Positions 27,045 to 43,575 of a DNA stretch of 64,000 bases are shown piece after piece (position 1 is the stretch's first letter; every line of letters begins with the position of its first letter). This DNA comes from the human T2T-CHM13v2.0 reference genome, Homo sapiens. The notes beneath the pieces are model-generated. The model ran no database searches. It was not told the DNA's origin and worked only from the letters and a program-made list of their open reading frames with translations. Made by a program: the position numbers and the translations under genes. The stretch lies in NCBI RefSeq assembly GCF_009914755.1, contig NC_060947.1. One strand, 5' to 3'.

Positions 27045-27750
27045 AGTTTGACTAGTGATTAAAAGTGTGGATTCCAAAGCCAGATGTATGGGTTTTTATC
27101 TCAGCTTTTTCACATTCTAGCTGTGCGGCACAGGCCAATTTGTGCTTTAGTTTCCTCTTCTAAAGTTTCAGTTATCAAATGAGTTAGTCCTGAAAATCTA
27201 ATGAACACCATGATAACTATAGTTATTAATAATATATACTTAAAATTTGCTAAGAGAGTATATCTTAAATGTCCTCAACCTCACCTCTGTAAAATAACTG
27301 TGAGGTGATGGATAGTTTGATTAACGTGATTGAGGGAATCATTTCACAAGGTAAAAGTATATAAAAATATCACATTATACACCTTAAAATCATATATTTA
27401 TATGATATCATACCCTAATAAAGCTAGAAAAACAAATAATAATAAAAATTAGTGAATTTACTTAAGGGAAGAACTCTTAAAGACATAGTTATTGTTTGAA
27501 AACAAATTAATCCTGCTAATCAGATGTAGATTTATTTGGTCCTAAACACAACCATTATCTTGAAAGATTCTCCTAAGGTTGTCTACATTACTTTATGTAA
27601 TGTGAAAATAGTAAAAATGCCTTTAAAAAAGAAAAAAACGTACCCATATCATTAGGTTATTGCAAAGATTAAATAAGTCAGTACATAAAAAGGTGTTTAG
27701 AACAGTGTCTGGCTTATAGAAAGTACTATGTCAGTAATACCTACAATTAC
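27045..27750 (+). mobile_element. MIR split by an L1MA/MB 3' end fragment (~27165-27445)
   Basis: MIR left part (AGTGATTAAAAGTGTGGATTCCAAAGCCAGA...TAGTTTCCTC); L1 3' end (TTAAAATTTGCTAAGAGAGTATATCTTAAATG...GTGAGGTGATGGATA); MIR right part (AAAGATTAAATAAGT...TTTAGAACAGTGTCTGGC). Confidence 0.6.
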
Positions 27751-30449
27751 TATTTATGCCATTTATATAAATTACAAAGACATAACCCAAAATAACAACA
27801 TACATGTTCAAAGCATGCCCTCAAATTAAAAAAATACACTATGTATACATAATGTAATGATTGCCTATGAATAAAGGGGAATGGAAGTAGAAAAGATAAA
27901 AAGAAATGGATGGATGGATGGAATTACAAACAGAAGAGGGGCTTTACATCAGTTGGTGATTAATAATGTGCTATGAACTGAGGACTATGATTAAATGGAT
28001 ATTCTTTATCTGAGTTACAAAAGGAAAAGAAAGGAAAAAAGTCAAGAAGAAAGAAAGGAAGAAAGGATTGGAGAAAGGAAGAGAAGTTTTTCAGTTCCAG
28101 TCTACATAAACCGAAGCCCTCAGGTTTAAAAATATGCAGCTCAAAGATGTCATTTAGAGTTCTGAAGTCTGTGGAACACACGACTTAAGCTGACAAAGAA
28201 AATCAGGTTCAGTACCTTCATATCTGTTTATATAAATCATCCTTCCTGAGTAATTAAAAGAACTGTTGGAGATATTAGGCTAAGGTCCTTCAATAACACC
28301 CTGGAAAGGAAAAAAGTCAGTGTATAATTACTTTAACAAGGAAGCAATAAACACTCATATTTGTTTCTAATAAAAAAACATATTTTAGAACTTTAAAAAT
28401 TTAAAAACAAACCATTTTCTTCTTCTCCTCTCCTCGCAAAATAATGCCTTAGGATTACTGACAAATAGATACATTTAGTGATTTTCTCTATTATTACAGA
28501 CTGTTGCTAAAGCCGTTTTTTAAAGGCCCCTGTTAAAAATAAAGACCTGGCCAAAAATAGGCAGTGTGTATGCTTAAAATCTTGTGCATTAGGTTGTTTC
28601 ATGGCAATTCACAGTTATTTTTTGTCAGTTTAAACACCAGGAATTTTAAAAGGCTTAATTGTCAAATACGGAAGAAGAAGAAAGTAAACAAAGGAATGAT
28701 TTATTAGTCTTTCTGTTATAACCAATTCTACCATAGTTTACGATAAGGTTCTTTTCATTATACTCTTCTGATGTCTTCTCTCTGAGCTCAAATTCCTTTC
28801 CAAAAGTTACTTAGTATATCTTTACAATGTCCCCTTACAGGAAGACACTAGGTTATCATCACCATTTCTATGAAAGGAAGAACAGTGGGGAAAAGTGATG
28901 GTTAATAGAGGAAATCATAAAGCTTTGTAAACTTCCATAGGATCATCTGTACTATATTACCTCATATACATATCACACCTTGTTGCCTGGCCTTTTTTGT
29001 GAATATACATATTGTCTTCCCAGCTAGCGCATAAGCTCCTCCAGTTTACGCAGGCGTATGTTGTGTTTTCTCCTGCTTTAAGCTTTTCACCGAGCCAAGT
29101 ATATAGAGCTAAGCAATGACAGGTAGCTAATAAATGTCTACTGATGAATATTTATTTGGGAAGTGTCATTGTGTTCTGCCTCTTAAATTACTGACATGCA
29201 AGTTGGGCAGCCCCAGAACTTCACTGCCACAAATCACCCTTTATTTCCATCACTGATCAAAACAACACCCTTAGACTAAGGCTCTTTAGTTTTTAAATCC
29301 TGTGATATGCAATACTGCTTCAATATTTAGATTATTAACTGGGGAATGACTTTATAAGAGCACATGAATAATGTCATATAACATAGAATATTGGAATGTA
29401 GCTTGACAGCACTCTAGACCTGAAACCTAGGAAAATTAGAAGAATTCTTTTTGAGTCTGAAGGAAAGACACTATGGTATCCTAATTATGCATCTTCATTC
29501 TCGAGTTCCCAACTTTTGAAGTTGACAGAATATTTCAATCTTTTTTCCCTTTCAATATTTAACTCACTTTGTGACTGCAAGAAGTCGATATCAAGGATAT
29601 TGTACAATAATCATCAAGGATGTGAAGACTCACAGAAAATATCAAGTTAGAATTGACTACCCATTTTTGCTGAGGTGGAAAAGATGTTGTTGTTCACATA
29701 TTTGTTTAGCAAACCTTACCCTAGAAATATGAGTTCTGATGTCACTCCTTCCATGCCAGCCACGATGATTAAAAACTTGCTCTTTTCAGATCAATCCTTG
29801 AAAAGTAATGTTAAATTCAATCTACAATTAAACATGTAGAAGGGCTTGCTATTTGGTTTCCCCTAAAATTTCAAAAGTCTATACACAAAGTACCTGTTGA
29901 CTAAGAATATTAACATTCTTTAGGGAATATGGCTGGAAGCTAAATTATCCCTCATTAGCTCTTTATTACTCTAGTATTAAACTCATTTGAATGGCATATA
30001 ATTCCTCTGTAGTAGTGTGCCATAAACTTCCTCATTCCTATTTCTCTCTGTCTCCTCATTAGAGCCTGACCTGAATGCCAATTGCTACTTTTTCTCATTT
30101 CTATGCACTTCTATGTTGTGTTCATTATGCCTAGAATTCCCTTCCTATATTGTCTGAGATATTCTTGCTAGAACCATCTCAATTACCCCTCTTCATGAAA
30201 GTCTTATTTAATATCTGTGTTCCCCTAAGCTTCGGCAAAAGCAGTTATTCCTTCTCATCACATACTCCAAAAATAAATGAATATTCTATGCTTTGCGTCA
30301 CCACCATTCAAGCCACAATCCAAATATGTGTCTACAGGTAGGTTGCTCTGCAATATTATGGATTTCTGTGAGGCATAAAGGCAGAAAGTGTATCTGACAC
30401 ATAGCTACATACATACTGAGTACAATTTTCTGCATGAAAATGAACATTC

Positions 30450-32079
<1,630 letters not shown>

Positions 32080-32467
32080 GAAAATGAACATTCAATAATA
32101 AGATTCATCTCAAATTTAAACAATGATGGCTTCACCTTTTATATTTTTTGCTTCAACTTGTGAAACACCCTTAATTTTTTTCACTAAATATGGAAAAAAT
32201 TGTTTACAAATAGATAAACTCTGCAAAGTTCTTTTGGCAGTATGACCATGAATTATGATTTATATTGTCACTCCTTCAGAGCTAGATGACAATATTGAGG
32301 GGCTTTTGTATATACATTAACAACAAATTAAGTGTGCCTCAATTTCTACAGTATACCAAACACTTAAATTCCAAACAAATGTATTAGACAGTTTAAATTC
32401 ATAAAGAAATCTGCATTCTAGTTTTTAAAATGTAGAAATATTATACCTTTAATATAGCTGCTATTAG

Positions 32468-35218
32468 AAGAATATCCTGGAGATAATGTGGGTTCAGTTC
32501 CAGACCACTGCCATAAAATAAATATCACAATAAAGCAAGTAACACTTTTTTTTTTTTTTTGGTTTTCCAGTGCACATAAAGGTTATGTTGCTGTGAAGAG
32601 CAGTGGCTCTTGCCTTTAACCCCAGCACTTTGGGAGGCCAAGATGAATGGGTTGTTTGAGCCCAGGAGTTTAAGGCCAGCCTGGGCAACACAGGGAGACC
32701 ATATCTCTACAAAAACATCTGAAAAACATTAGCCAGGCACCATACTGCATGCCTGTATTCCCAGCTACTCAGGAGGCTGAGGTAGGAAGATGGCTTGGGC
32801 CCAGGAGGTCAATGCCGCAGTGAGACATGATTGCGACACTGCACTCCAGCCTGGGTGACAGAGAGAGACCAGGTCTCCAAAAAAAAGTTATGTATACACT
32901 ATACTGTAGTTTATTAAGTGTATGATAGCATTATGTCTAAAACAACAATGCACATACCGCAGTTAAAATCCTTTATTGTTAAAAATCCTAAAAATAAACC
33001 GAGCCTTCAGCGATTCATATGCTTTTTTCTGGTGGAGGGTTTTGCCTCAATGCTGGTGGCTGCTGACTGATCAGAGTGGTGGTTGCTGAAGGTTGGGGTG
33101 GCTGTGGCAATTTCTTAAAATAAGACAACAATGAAGTTTGTTGCATTGATTGATTCTTTCACAAAATATTTCTCTACAGCATATGATGCGTTTGATAGCA
33201 TTTTAAAGACAGTAGAACTTCTTTTATAATTGGAATCAATCCTCTCAAATGCTTTTGCTGCTTTATAAACTGAGATTATGTAATATTCCAAATTGTTTGT
33301 TTACATTTCAACAATTTTCACAGCATCTTCATCAGGAGCAAATTCCATCTCAAGAAACCACTTTCTTTGATCATCTATAAAAAGCATTTCCTCATATGTT
33401 CAAGTTTTATCACGAGATTGCAGGGATTCATTCACATATTCAGGGTTCACTTCTAATTCCAGTTATCTTGCTATTTTCACCACATCTGCAGGTTTCTTAC
33501 TCCAATGAAGTCTTGAAACCTTCAAGTCATCCATGAGAGTTGGAATCAACTTCTTCCAAACTCCTATCAAAATGTTGATATTTTGACCTCCTTCCATGAA
33601 TTACAAATGTTCTTAATGGCATCTTGAATGGCAAATCCTTTCTGCAAGGTTTTCAGTTTACTTTTCCTACATATCTCACAGGAATCACCATTTCAGCTAC
33701 GGTCTTATTAAATGTATTTCTTAAACAATAACACTTGAAAATCAAAATGACTTCTGGATCCATGGACTGTGTAATAAATGTTATATCAGCAATCATGAAA
33801 ACAACATTAATCTTCTTATTTGTCACCATTAGAGCTATTGGGTGACCAGGTGTATTGTAAATGAACAGTGATATTTGAAAGGAACTGTTTTTGTTTTTGT
33901 TTTTCCCTGAGCAGTAGATTTCAACTGTGGGCTTAAAATATTCAGTAAACCATGAAGTAAATAAATGTGCTGCCATCCAGGCTTTGTTGTTTCTTTTATA
34001 GAGCATAGGCAGAGTAGATTTAGCATAATTCTTAAGGCCGTAGGATTTTCAGAATGGTAAATGAACATTGGCTTCAACTTAAAGTCACCAACAGCATTAG
34101 CCCCTGACAAGAGAGTCAGCCTGCCCTTTCAAGCTTTGAAGCCAGGTATGGACTTCTCCTTTCTAGATATGAAAGTCCTAGATGGCATCTTTTTCCAGTA
34201 TCAAGCTATTTCATCCACACGGAAAATATGTTATTTAGTGTAGCCACCTTCATCAGTTATCTAACTAGTTAATAAGGATAACTTGCTGAATTTTCACATC
34301 AGCACTTGCCACTTAACCTTGAACTTTTAATTTTGGAGACGGTTTCTTTCCTTAAACCTTGTGAATCAACCTCTGCTACCTTCAAGCTTTTCTTCTGCAG
34401 CCCCCTCACCTCTCTCAGCCTTCATAGAATTGAAGAGAGTTAAGACGTTGCTCTGGATTAGGCTTTGGCTTAAGAGAGTAATGTAGCTGGTTTGATCTTT
34501 TATCTAGACCATTAAAACTTTCTCCATATCAGCAATAAAGCTGCTTTGCTTTTTTATCATTCTTGTGTTCAGTGGTGTAGCACGTTTAATTTCCTTTGAG
34601 AACTTTTCCTTTGCATGCACAACTTGGCTAACTGCCATAAGTGCCTTAGCTTTTGGCCTATCTTGGCTTTTGATGGGCCTTTGTGACTAAACTTAATTAT
34701 TTCTAGGTTTTGATTTAAAGTGAGTGTTGTACAGATTATTTCTTTCACTTGAACACTTAGAGCCCATTGTATATTTATTAATTGGCCTAACTTCAATATT
34801 GTTGCCTCTGATGGAATAGGGAGCCCCAAGAAAACAGAGAGACAGGGAAAGGGCCAATTGGTGAGGCAGTGAGGACATACATAACATTCATTAAGTTCAC
34901 CATCTTATATGGGTGTGGTTCGTGGTGCCCTAAAACAATTACAAGAGTAACATCAAAGATTACTGTTTACAGATCACTATTACAGACATAATAGTAATAA
35001 AAATTTTGAAATACTGTGAGAATTACCAAAATGTGACACAGAAACACGAAATGAACACATACTGATGAAAAAAAATGGTGCTGATAGACTTGCTGGATGC
35101 AGAGCTGCCACAAACCTTCAATTTAAAAACAAAACAAAACAATAAACAACCCCCCCAAAAAAACACTGCAATATCTGCAAAACACAAAGACAAAGCACAA
35201 TAAAACAAGGTATGCCTG
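32468..35218 (-). mobile_element. Near full-length Tigger1 DNA transposon with decayed transposase, interrupted by AluJ
   Basis: Right end ...CAATAAAACAAGGTATGCCTG followed by TA; decayed left end GGAGATAATGTGGGTTCAGTTCCAGACCAC. Transposase remnants GANAVGDFKLKPMFIYHSENP and NNKAWMAAHLFTSWFTEYFKPTVE. About 2.4 kb after removing the Alu. Confidence 0.92.
32590..32886 (+). mobile_element. AluJ inserted in Tigger1
   Basis: CCCAGCACTTTGGGAGGCC...TGAGCCCAGGAGTTT...CACTGCACTCCAGCCTGGGTGACAGAG, A tail. Flanked by AAAGGTTATGT / AAAGTTATGT. Confidence 0.9.
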
Positions 35219-35623
35219 TATTCAAAAATGTACTAAAGTAAAATGATTGTTAATAATGGATTTTTGTTGTCAAAGGAATGGAATTACTTGTGTAGATTTT
35301 TTTTTCTAAGTTTATATATCAACCTGATACCACCATAGCAATCATGTAAAGCCAGGTGAGATTGTTTTAAAGAATGCATTTCTTTTGAATTTAACATCTA
35401 CTTATTTGGAAAGCAGTTTCTCCTTTCTGTTATATCAGCTAACAAGATAATTTCAAAAAGCATTACCAAAATACATATAAATAATGAGTCATCATCTTAC
35501 AGACATGAAGTATACACATACTGAATAAAAATAAACTTCTGCAATGACTATTTTATATCACAATATCACAGGACATCTTTACATGGCACATATTATTCAT
35601 TTTTATCAACAAACTTAGATTCA

Positions 35624-36086
<463 letters not shown>

Positions 36087-36827
36087 TTAATTATGTCAGA
36101 AGTAGAAGTGTTTATAGATAGATTGAATTAGCCTCAGGTAATAAAAAATGTATTTTCAGTGGTAAATCTACTTTCATCTATGGATGATGCCTTTTGAATG
36201 CAGTTAAAGTTAAAAGTTTAATTTCACTTTACATTATTCATTTAAACTGGATTATGTGGAATAAAATGGTAAATATGCTTATATGGGTTTGGACTACAGA
36301 GTTTGTAGCGTTTCATGTTCTTTCAGCAGTCAATAAATGAGTAACAATGACAACACTAAGGTTATGAATAATGGTTAATAATCTTGGCAAAGTTATAACA
36401 ATAGCTCCTGAATGTAATCATAATAAAATCAGGAAATATATGTTATAAAAAATCTACTTATTAGGGAAATCATTACCAAAAATTAATATCATTTCAAGTA
36501 GTTATCAATCCTCTTTGCTGAAAAGATTAATGTTAATAATTATTTTTCAATACAAATACACTGCATTCGTGTAAAGGAAGGCGATATATTGAAGAATGCT
36601 TGCTCACCCTGTATTCCATGATTTTTTTTACATAACACCAAAACACAAGCAACAGAAGGCAAAATAAGCAAGTAAGACTATATCAAACTAAAAAGTTTGA
36701 GTATAACACTGGGAAAACATCATCAAAATGAGAAAGAAAGCTATGAAATGTGAAAGCATGTATGGAACCAGACATCTGTTAGGAGATGAATATTCAAAAT
36801 ATATAAGGAACTCATACAACTCAATAG

Positions 36828-36830
<3 letters not shown>

Positions 36831-36878
<48 letters not shown>
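36831..36878. repeat. (TA)24 microsatellite
   Basis: Uninterrupted TA run. Confidence 0.97.
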
Positions 36879-36879
<1 letters not shown>

Positions 36880-36952
36880 CATTGAATAATCCATATAAAA
36901 ATGGGCAAAGGATCTGAATGGACATTTTTCCATAAAAAACATACAACAGGTA

Positions 36953-38126
36953 CAGTCATATGCTGCTTAACAAAGGAGATACCTCTGAGAAATATGTCTT
37001 TAGGCATTTTTGTCATTGTGCAAACATCATAGAGTGTACTTACACAAACCTAAATGATATAGTCTACTACACACCTAAGTTACATGGTATGACCTATTGC
37101 TCCTATGCTACAAAGCTATACAGCATGACACAGTACCAAATACTATAGGCAATGATAACACAATGCTAAGCATTTGTGTATCAAAATATATCTCACCATA
37201 GAAAATATACAGTAAAACACAGTATAAAAGATAAAAAATATGTACACCTGCAAGGGCACTTACTATGAATGGAGTTTGCAAGACTAGAAGTTTCTCTGGG
37301 TGGATCAATGAGTGAGTGGTAAGTGAATGTGAAGGCCCAGGACATTATGATATATGACTGTAGACTTTACAACATTGTACTTAGGCTACACTAAATTTAT
37401 AATACATATTTTTGTTTCTTCCATAAAAACTTAACCTTTGCTTCCTGTAACTTTTTTACTTTACAAGTTTTGTAAGCTTTTGGCTCTTGTAATAGTTTAA
37501 AACACAAGCACATTATACAGCTATAAAGTATTTTATTTCTTTATATTCATATTCTATATGCTTTTTTCTACTTTTAAAGTTTTACCTTTTTTTAAGTTTT
37601 TAAACTTTTGTGTTATAAAATAAGACATAATCACACACATTAGTGTAGACCTACACAGGGTCAGGGTCATTCATATCACTGTCTTCCACCTCCACATTTT
37701 GTCCCACTGGTAGGTCTTCAGGGGCACTCACACACATGGAGCTGTCATCTCCTATGATAACAATGCCTTCTTCTGGAATACCTCTTGAAGGACCTGCCTG
37801 AGGATATTTTACACCTAAAAGTTTTTTTTTTCCATAAGTAGGAGAAGCACACTGTAAAATAATGATAATATGTATAGTATAGTAAATAAATAAACCAGTA
37901 ACATAGTCATGCATTATCATTATCAAGTGTTATGTACTGTACATAACTGTATATTTTAGACTATTATACGACTCCAGGTGCAGTTTGTTTACACTAGCAT
38001 CATCACAAAGATGAGCAATGAGTTGCACTATGATGGCCATACTGTCATTAGGCAACAGGAGTTTTTCAGCTCTATTATAACCTTATGGGTCTGTTGTGGC
38101 CTGAAACATTACACAGTTCATAACTG
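36953..38126. mobile_element. Tigger3 derivative (Tigger3b/Golem-like)
   Basis: TA-CAGTCATATGCTGCTTAAC...CATAACTG-TA termini; internal CAAACATCATAGAGTGTACTTACACAAACCTA and GGAGCTGTCATCTCCTATGATAACAATGCCTTCTTCTGGAATACC. Confidence 0.88.
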
Positions 38127-39428
38127 TATATGAAAAGCTTTTTGATATGACTAATCATTAGGAATATGTAAATCAAAATGACAGTGAAATATCATCTCAC
38201 AAGTTTTAGGATGGCTATTATGAAAAGGACAAGAGATGATAATTGTTTAGAGAGGATGTAGAGTAAAGAGAACCCTTGCACCCAGTGAAAATGTAAATTG
38301 GTATCTCCATTACGGAAAACAATATGGAGATTACCCAAAAAATCAAAAATAGAATTTCACTATAATCCAGTAATACCACATCTATCTGTGTATCCAAATG
38401 ACATTGAATCAATATCTCAAAGAGATAACTGCACCTCTATTCTTATTGCAGCATTATTCACAATAGCCAAGACACAAGCCAAACTGAGTGTCCCTCAACT
38501 GATAAATAGATTAAGAAATTGTGATATATTTTCCTATGTGAATATATATAATAAAATATTATTCAGCCAAAAAAGGAGGAAATTCTACCACATTCACAAC
38601 ATGTGTGAATGTGGCAGACATTATGTTAAGTGAAATAAGCCAGGAACATAAAGACAAATACTGTATGATCTCACTTATATGTGGGATCTAAAAAGTTGAA
38701 GTTACAGAAGCAGAAAGTAGAATAATGGTTACTAGGGGATAGGGAATAGGGAAAATGAGATGTTGATGAAAGATACAAACTTTTAGTTATAAGATGAACA
38801 AGTTCTGGGGATCTAATGTATGGCCTGGATGGTGATATATGTGTTAATATATTTTCTTGGGGTCATCTTTATACAATGTACATGTATATCAAATAAACAC
38901 ATTTTATATCTTAAATCTATTTAATATATGTTTGTCAAATAAGTATTTCAAAATTTAAAAATACTAAAAATTTAAAACTAAAAATAAATAAGAGGCCAGT
39001 TTATTGAAGAACTTCTACCTACCCTGGATGTAAATAAAACCATATTTTTTAGATTTATTAAGCACTACTGTGACAGTAAGCAAATATAAATTACTACTTA
39101 TATTGCAACTTCCAAAAAAATGCTTTCTGTTAATTTCAGTGTATAATTAATTGTGTTCCTTGCCACTATAATTCATTGCTCTTTTAAATGATAGTTTTTT
39201 TGTTTTCATTGAGCTTTTCCTTAAAATTTTGGTCAAACTGATATGTTCTTATATTGGCAATTATTGAACAATGCTATCTTTATTATCTAAAATTGAATGA
39301 AAATGATAACTGGGATATGACAGAACACAGACACTTAGTAAGGATTCTTAAGAAAACGTTTTTTGTTCCCCTTTGTTCCTTTTCTTTCCCCTGTTGCTGA
39401 AAGACTTTCTGATACTACAGCTATTTAA

Positions 39429-39834
<406 letters not shown>

Positions 39835-40143
39835 TTAAAGAGTAAGGCATATTATATTATGTACCTTTTCAGGAGCAAATTTTATTTGAAAAAGAAAATA
39901 ATTTCCAGTTTGTCTTTATGCACATGCAAGCAAGCATCATATAAATCTTTAAAATTATTTTAAGTATGCTTCAAATACATTAATTCTACTTGAACATTTT
40001 TTAAAGAGTTAATGTTGACTCTGTTTTTTAAACAGTACAATATGGACACAGGAAAATCAATGAGCTCCACCAGGATCCATGTTCTAAAGTCCCTGACCTA
40101 TGTTTATCCAGATAATGAGTTACCCTATGAGACCTGGGTTGAG

Positions 40144-40145
<2 letters not shown>

Positions 40146-40184
<39 letters not shown>
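40146..40184. repeat. (TC)n microsatellite
   Basis: About 19 uninterrupted TC units. Confidence 0.97.
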
Positions 40185-40185
<1 letters not shown>

Positions 40186-41537
40186 ATATACACACAAACA
40201 CACTACAAGAAGAGAAGCAATCAGAGGCATGGATATACATGGGGCAAGCAAATATCTGACTACAAAGCCTACTAAATGAACTATAAGATCTGATGGCAAA
40301 TAAAGATCTAAGCAGGCAAGGAGATAGAATCAGGGTTGGGGTAGTGTCTTATGGAAGTAATTTAACACAAAGAAATATAAACACTGTGACAGATCAGAAA
40401 ATAAAACACAGTAGAAATTAACAAGTGTTTACGGAACGAGGCTTAGTGTCCGATTTTAGGATAGTAGTATTTATTTCCTCTGTGCCCTGATTAAATGGGT
40501 ACTTTTTCCTGTATTGGAGTGGCTCTGAGCAAAAAGTGTTCAGAGATTTTCAGGTAAATTATTCTGAATTTGGCAGCATTTTATTCCAAATTTGAACTGA
40601 TATAAATGTACAATGAAAAGCTATTCGACTATGGGTAAATTAATTAGTGGCATATCTGAGTGTATCATGGAACATAACAAAAGTTTGTTTAAACTGAAGT
40701 TCTCTTATTTTATTATAGACATTATCTACTGGTGTGGTAATGTATATATACGCTTATAGTAAGTATGCAGGCTTATTTTTCTAGCTTGAACCCTCCATTA
40801 GTAATGTTTTTCATCGAATTAATATACTTACCAAGGTATAAACACTTACTTAAGAAGTAAGAAATAATTTTGATGGAACTGTAAACAGGATACTAACAAA
40901 TGAGTCATAACTAGTTCTTCCCTATCAATGTCTCATGTTCCTTCTATAGACTTGTAATTTTGAGTTATGCACACAATTATACATGTCATAAATATTCTTA
41001 CAGTATACTTATTTTGACAAAACCAAACATATTATATTTAGCATAAATAGATCAACAGGAAAATAAAGGCAGTTCACTTAGGAGAAAGAAAATATACTAA
41101 CAAATTTTAAAAACCGTAGTAAGCTACTCCTGATTTTCAGATTGCCTACCATTAAAGGATCAGACAACTTGTTTCATTGCAATGAAAATGGCATAATATT
41201 AAATATTATTGCAGGTAAGTGAGCGTTTGTTTGAATGAGCTAATATTTTGTAATATACTATTTAATGTGTTTGAAAAATAACTATTTTGTTTCAGATTAA
41301 TTTATCTTAAGATTTTCCATTACAACAAGGCCCAATCTTAATGTACTTAGAAGCTTGGAGTATCAAAAAGAACTGCAGACATTATTTTGAACACTTTTCC
41401 TATAATTATACAACTTCCTATTCTTACAGTTTCCCTGCAGTTAATAAATAATACATGATTTACCAAGAGTAAAATCATCACTCTATTCCTATGAACTTCA
41501 CTGAAAATAATCTTAGATAAGTGATAGCAGACAGCAA

Positions 41538-41592
41538 CTCAGTATTGATTTTCTTTCTCAGTAGTGATTTTCTACTCAGTATTGATTTTCTT
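41538..41592. repeat. Three tandem copies of an 18-19-bp unit CTCAGTA(T/G)TGATTTTCT
   Basis: CTCAGTATTGATTTTCTTT / CTCAGTAGTGATTTTCTA / CTCAGTATTGATTTTCTT read directly. Confidence 0.9.
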
Positions 41593-42059
41593 TTTCTGGG
41601 TGGTCTGGACCTCACCCAGTCCCTGCAGACCACAGGGACTGCAGAATCCCTGGGTTCTGAGATCACGTGAAATATAAATTATACACTGGGTAGAAATTTG
41701 GGGAACATCACATAGGGATACCATTCTGTGCAAATGATTTGTTATTCATGCAAGACAAGTTTAGAGAGCAACCCTTTGGAAACATGGTAAATAGTTTCAA
41801 ATTATTTCTAGTCACATGATGAAAGACCTCATATCAGTTTATTTAATACGTGGCCAATTACCATTAACTTATGTAAAGCTCTCATCTGGAGACACTTCCT
41901 CTAAAATTAGATGACTATTACATTCACTGATGCCCCATGGGCCACTCTCAGCATTGCAAGGTGTACTGAATTCTTCCACATAGGAGACAATTATTAGACA
42001 TCATTTCCAATGTTTCACAAAATACTAATCTAATAAGCTTATCTATAAAATAAAAAGTT

Positions 42060-43010
42060 GGGGGAGGGGTTCAGTATGGCTAATTAGAGCCATCTCCTAC
42101 TCTCCTTCTCCACTAAGAAGAATCACATAGTGGGTAGATAATCACATTTTGAATAGACAAACTACTTAGAAAATGCCATTAAGTAAAATTGATATGAGAA
42201 GAACTAGAAAATCTTCATCATCTTAGATTAATTAAATAAATTTAATTTGTTGTGATAAACCTTTCTAGAAAATACTCTGTGCCAGAGAGCTTTGCTGATA
42301 AATGCTTCCAAGTACTTAAGGCAGAAAAAAAATCACATATACATATCCAAATTTTCTGAAACAATCTCATAGAATAATAAGAAGGGAGTACTTTCTCACT
42401 TTTTAAGAGGCCAGTGTAGACTGATACTCAAACTGGAAATTAATAATAATAATAATATAAATAACACAGACCTGTATCTCTTGATAATATAGATGTAAAA
42501 ATCCTAAATTAAATAGTAATAAATCCAACCAAGTAATATGTGAAAAGATAATCCAGAAAGACCGAGTGCGTATTATTTCAGGAAAGCAAAATTCCTTTAA
42601 TATTAACAATAAATAATTTCATGTAACAGACCATATTAACAGAATAAAGATAGAAATTACTTGATTATTTCAATATAGATACAAACAATAGCATTTAATA
42701 AAATCTGACACCAAAAGAACACAACACTAACTTAAAGAAATTGAAGACAAAGAAGCTCACATTGCCCCATTTTTTAAATCAAATTCCAAAACATATAAAA
42801 CTAATTTATGGTGTTAGAAGTCATCATGACAGTTACCTTTCTCTCATAAAGAGAAGGCATGGCAGAGGCAGTGCTGACATGCCAATACTGTCCTACTTTT
42901 ACATCTGGTCATTGGTTATATGGGTATAATACATTTGTAAGAAATCCTTGATCTTGTGATTTGTGAACTTTTCTATTTGTGTGTACTTCAATAAAAACAT
43001 TTTAAGTAGC
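42060..43010 (+). mobile_element. Old L1 fragments (short 5'-end piece ~42065-42155, ORF2 pieces, L1ME-like 3' end)
   Basis: TAGATAATCACATTTTGAATAG; TTTTTAAGAGGCCAGTGTAGACTGATAC; AATATAGATGTAAAAATCCTAAAT; TACTTCAATAAAAAC. Confidence 0.55.
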
Positions 43011-43575
43011 TCATAAAGCTAAAGGAAAACATAACGTTTTGAGATGGTTCTAGATTAAAAGCAGGATAGTGTAGGTATCCTATATTGAAAATAATTCTCA
43101 TATTGTTGTATATCCTAGCTGTAGCCTTTGAAGCATATTAGGAAGATAAAAGGTGCATACCAATTTGTCAATCATAAAGTACTAGTTATGGAAACATACT
43201 CTTACTCCACTGGTAGTATAAAGCGATTGGGGAATTTTTCTAATACATCTTTCACAGACGTTAGGATGCTTTTCTGTTTTCAAGGTGCCTATGATGTTTC
43301 TGGGAATATACATTTAAAGTGCATATCACCGGACGATATAAATAACTGTATAAAATGTTTTACAGTTTCTAAAATACAAAGTTGGCTTTAAAAGGAAACA
43401 CAATTGTTTTAATAAATTCAAATGAAAGTAAAACAAAGCAACATTAAAAACTTATGTGTAAATGCATGTCATATTACTTTATAAATCAATTCCGATACAC
43501 ACAAAGAGGAAAAAATGTGAGATACTAAGATTTTACATTATTGAGGAAAAAGTAATACTCATCAAATAAAGTAAC

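Larger units (their letters stand above)
36615..38990 (+). mobile_element. L1MA-like 3' fragment interrupted by Tigger3 and (TA)n
   Basis: AAATATATAAGGAACTCATACAACTCAATAG; AAATGGGCAAAGGATCTGAATGGACATTT; resumes after 38128 with TTATTGCAGCATTATTCACAATAGCCAAG and TAAGATGAACAAGTTCTGGGGATCTAATGTA. Confidence 0.82.

Noticed and set aside
33653-34887. Transposase-like ORFs as a domesticated TIGD-type gene
   Set aside because: Broken by multiple stops and frameshifts; an ordinary decayed Tigger1.
36688-37016. ORFs with YIYIYI repeats (and RERERE/LSLSLS ORFs near 40012-40275)
   Set aside because: Translations of (TA)n and (TC)n microsatellites.
41538-41592. CRISPR-like array
   Set aside because: Eukaryotic DNA; the repeats are directly adjacent with no unique spacers and no cas genes.
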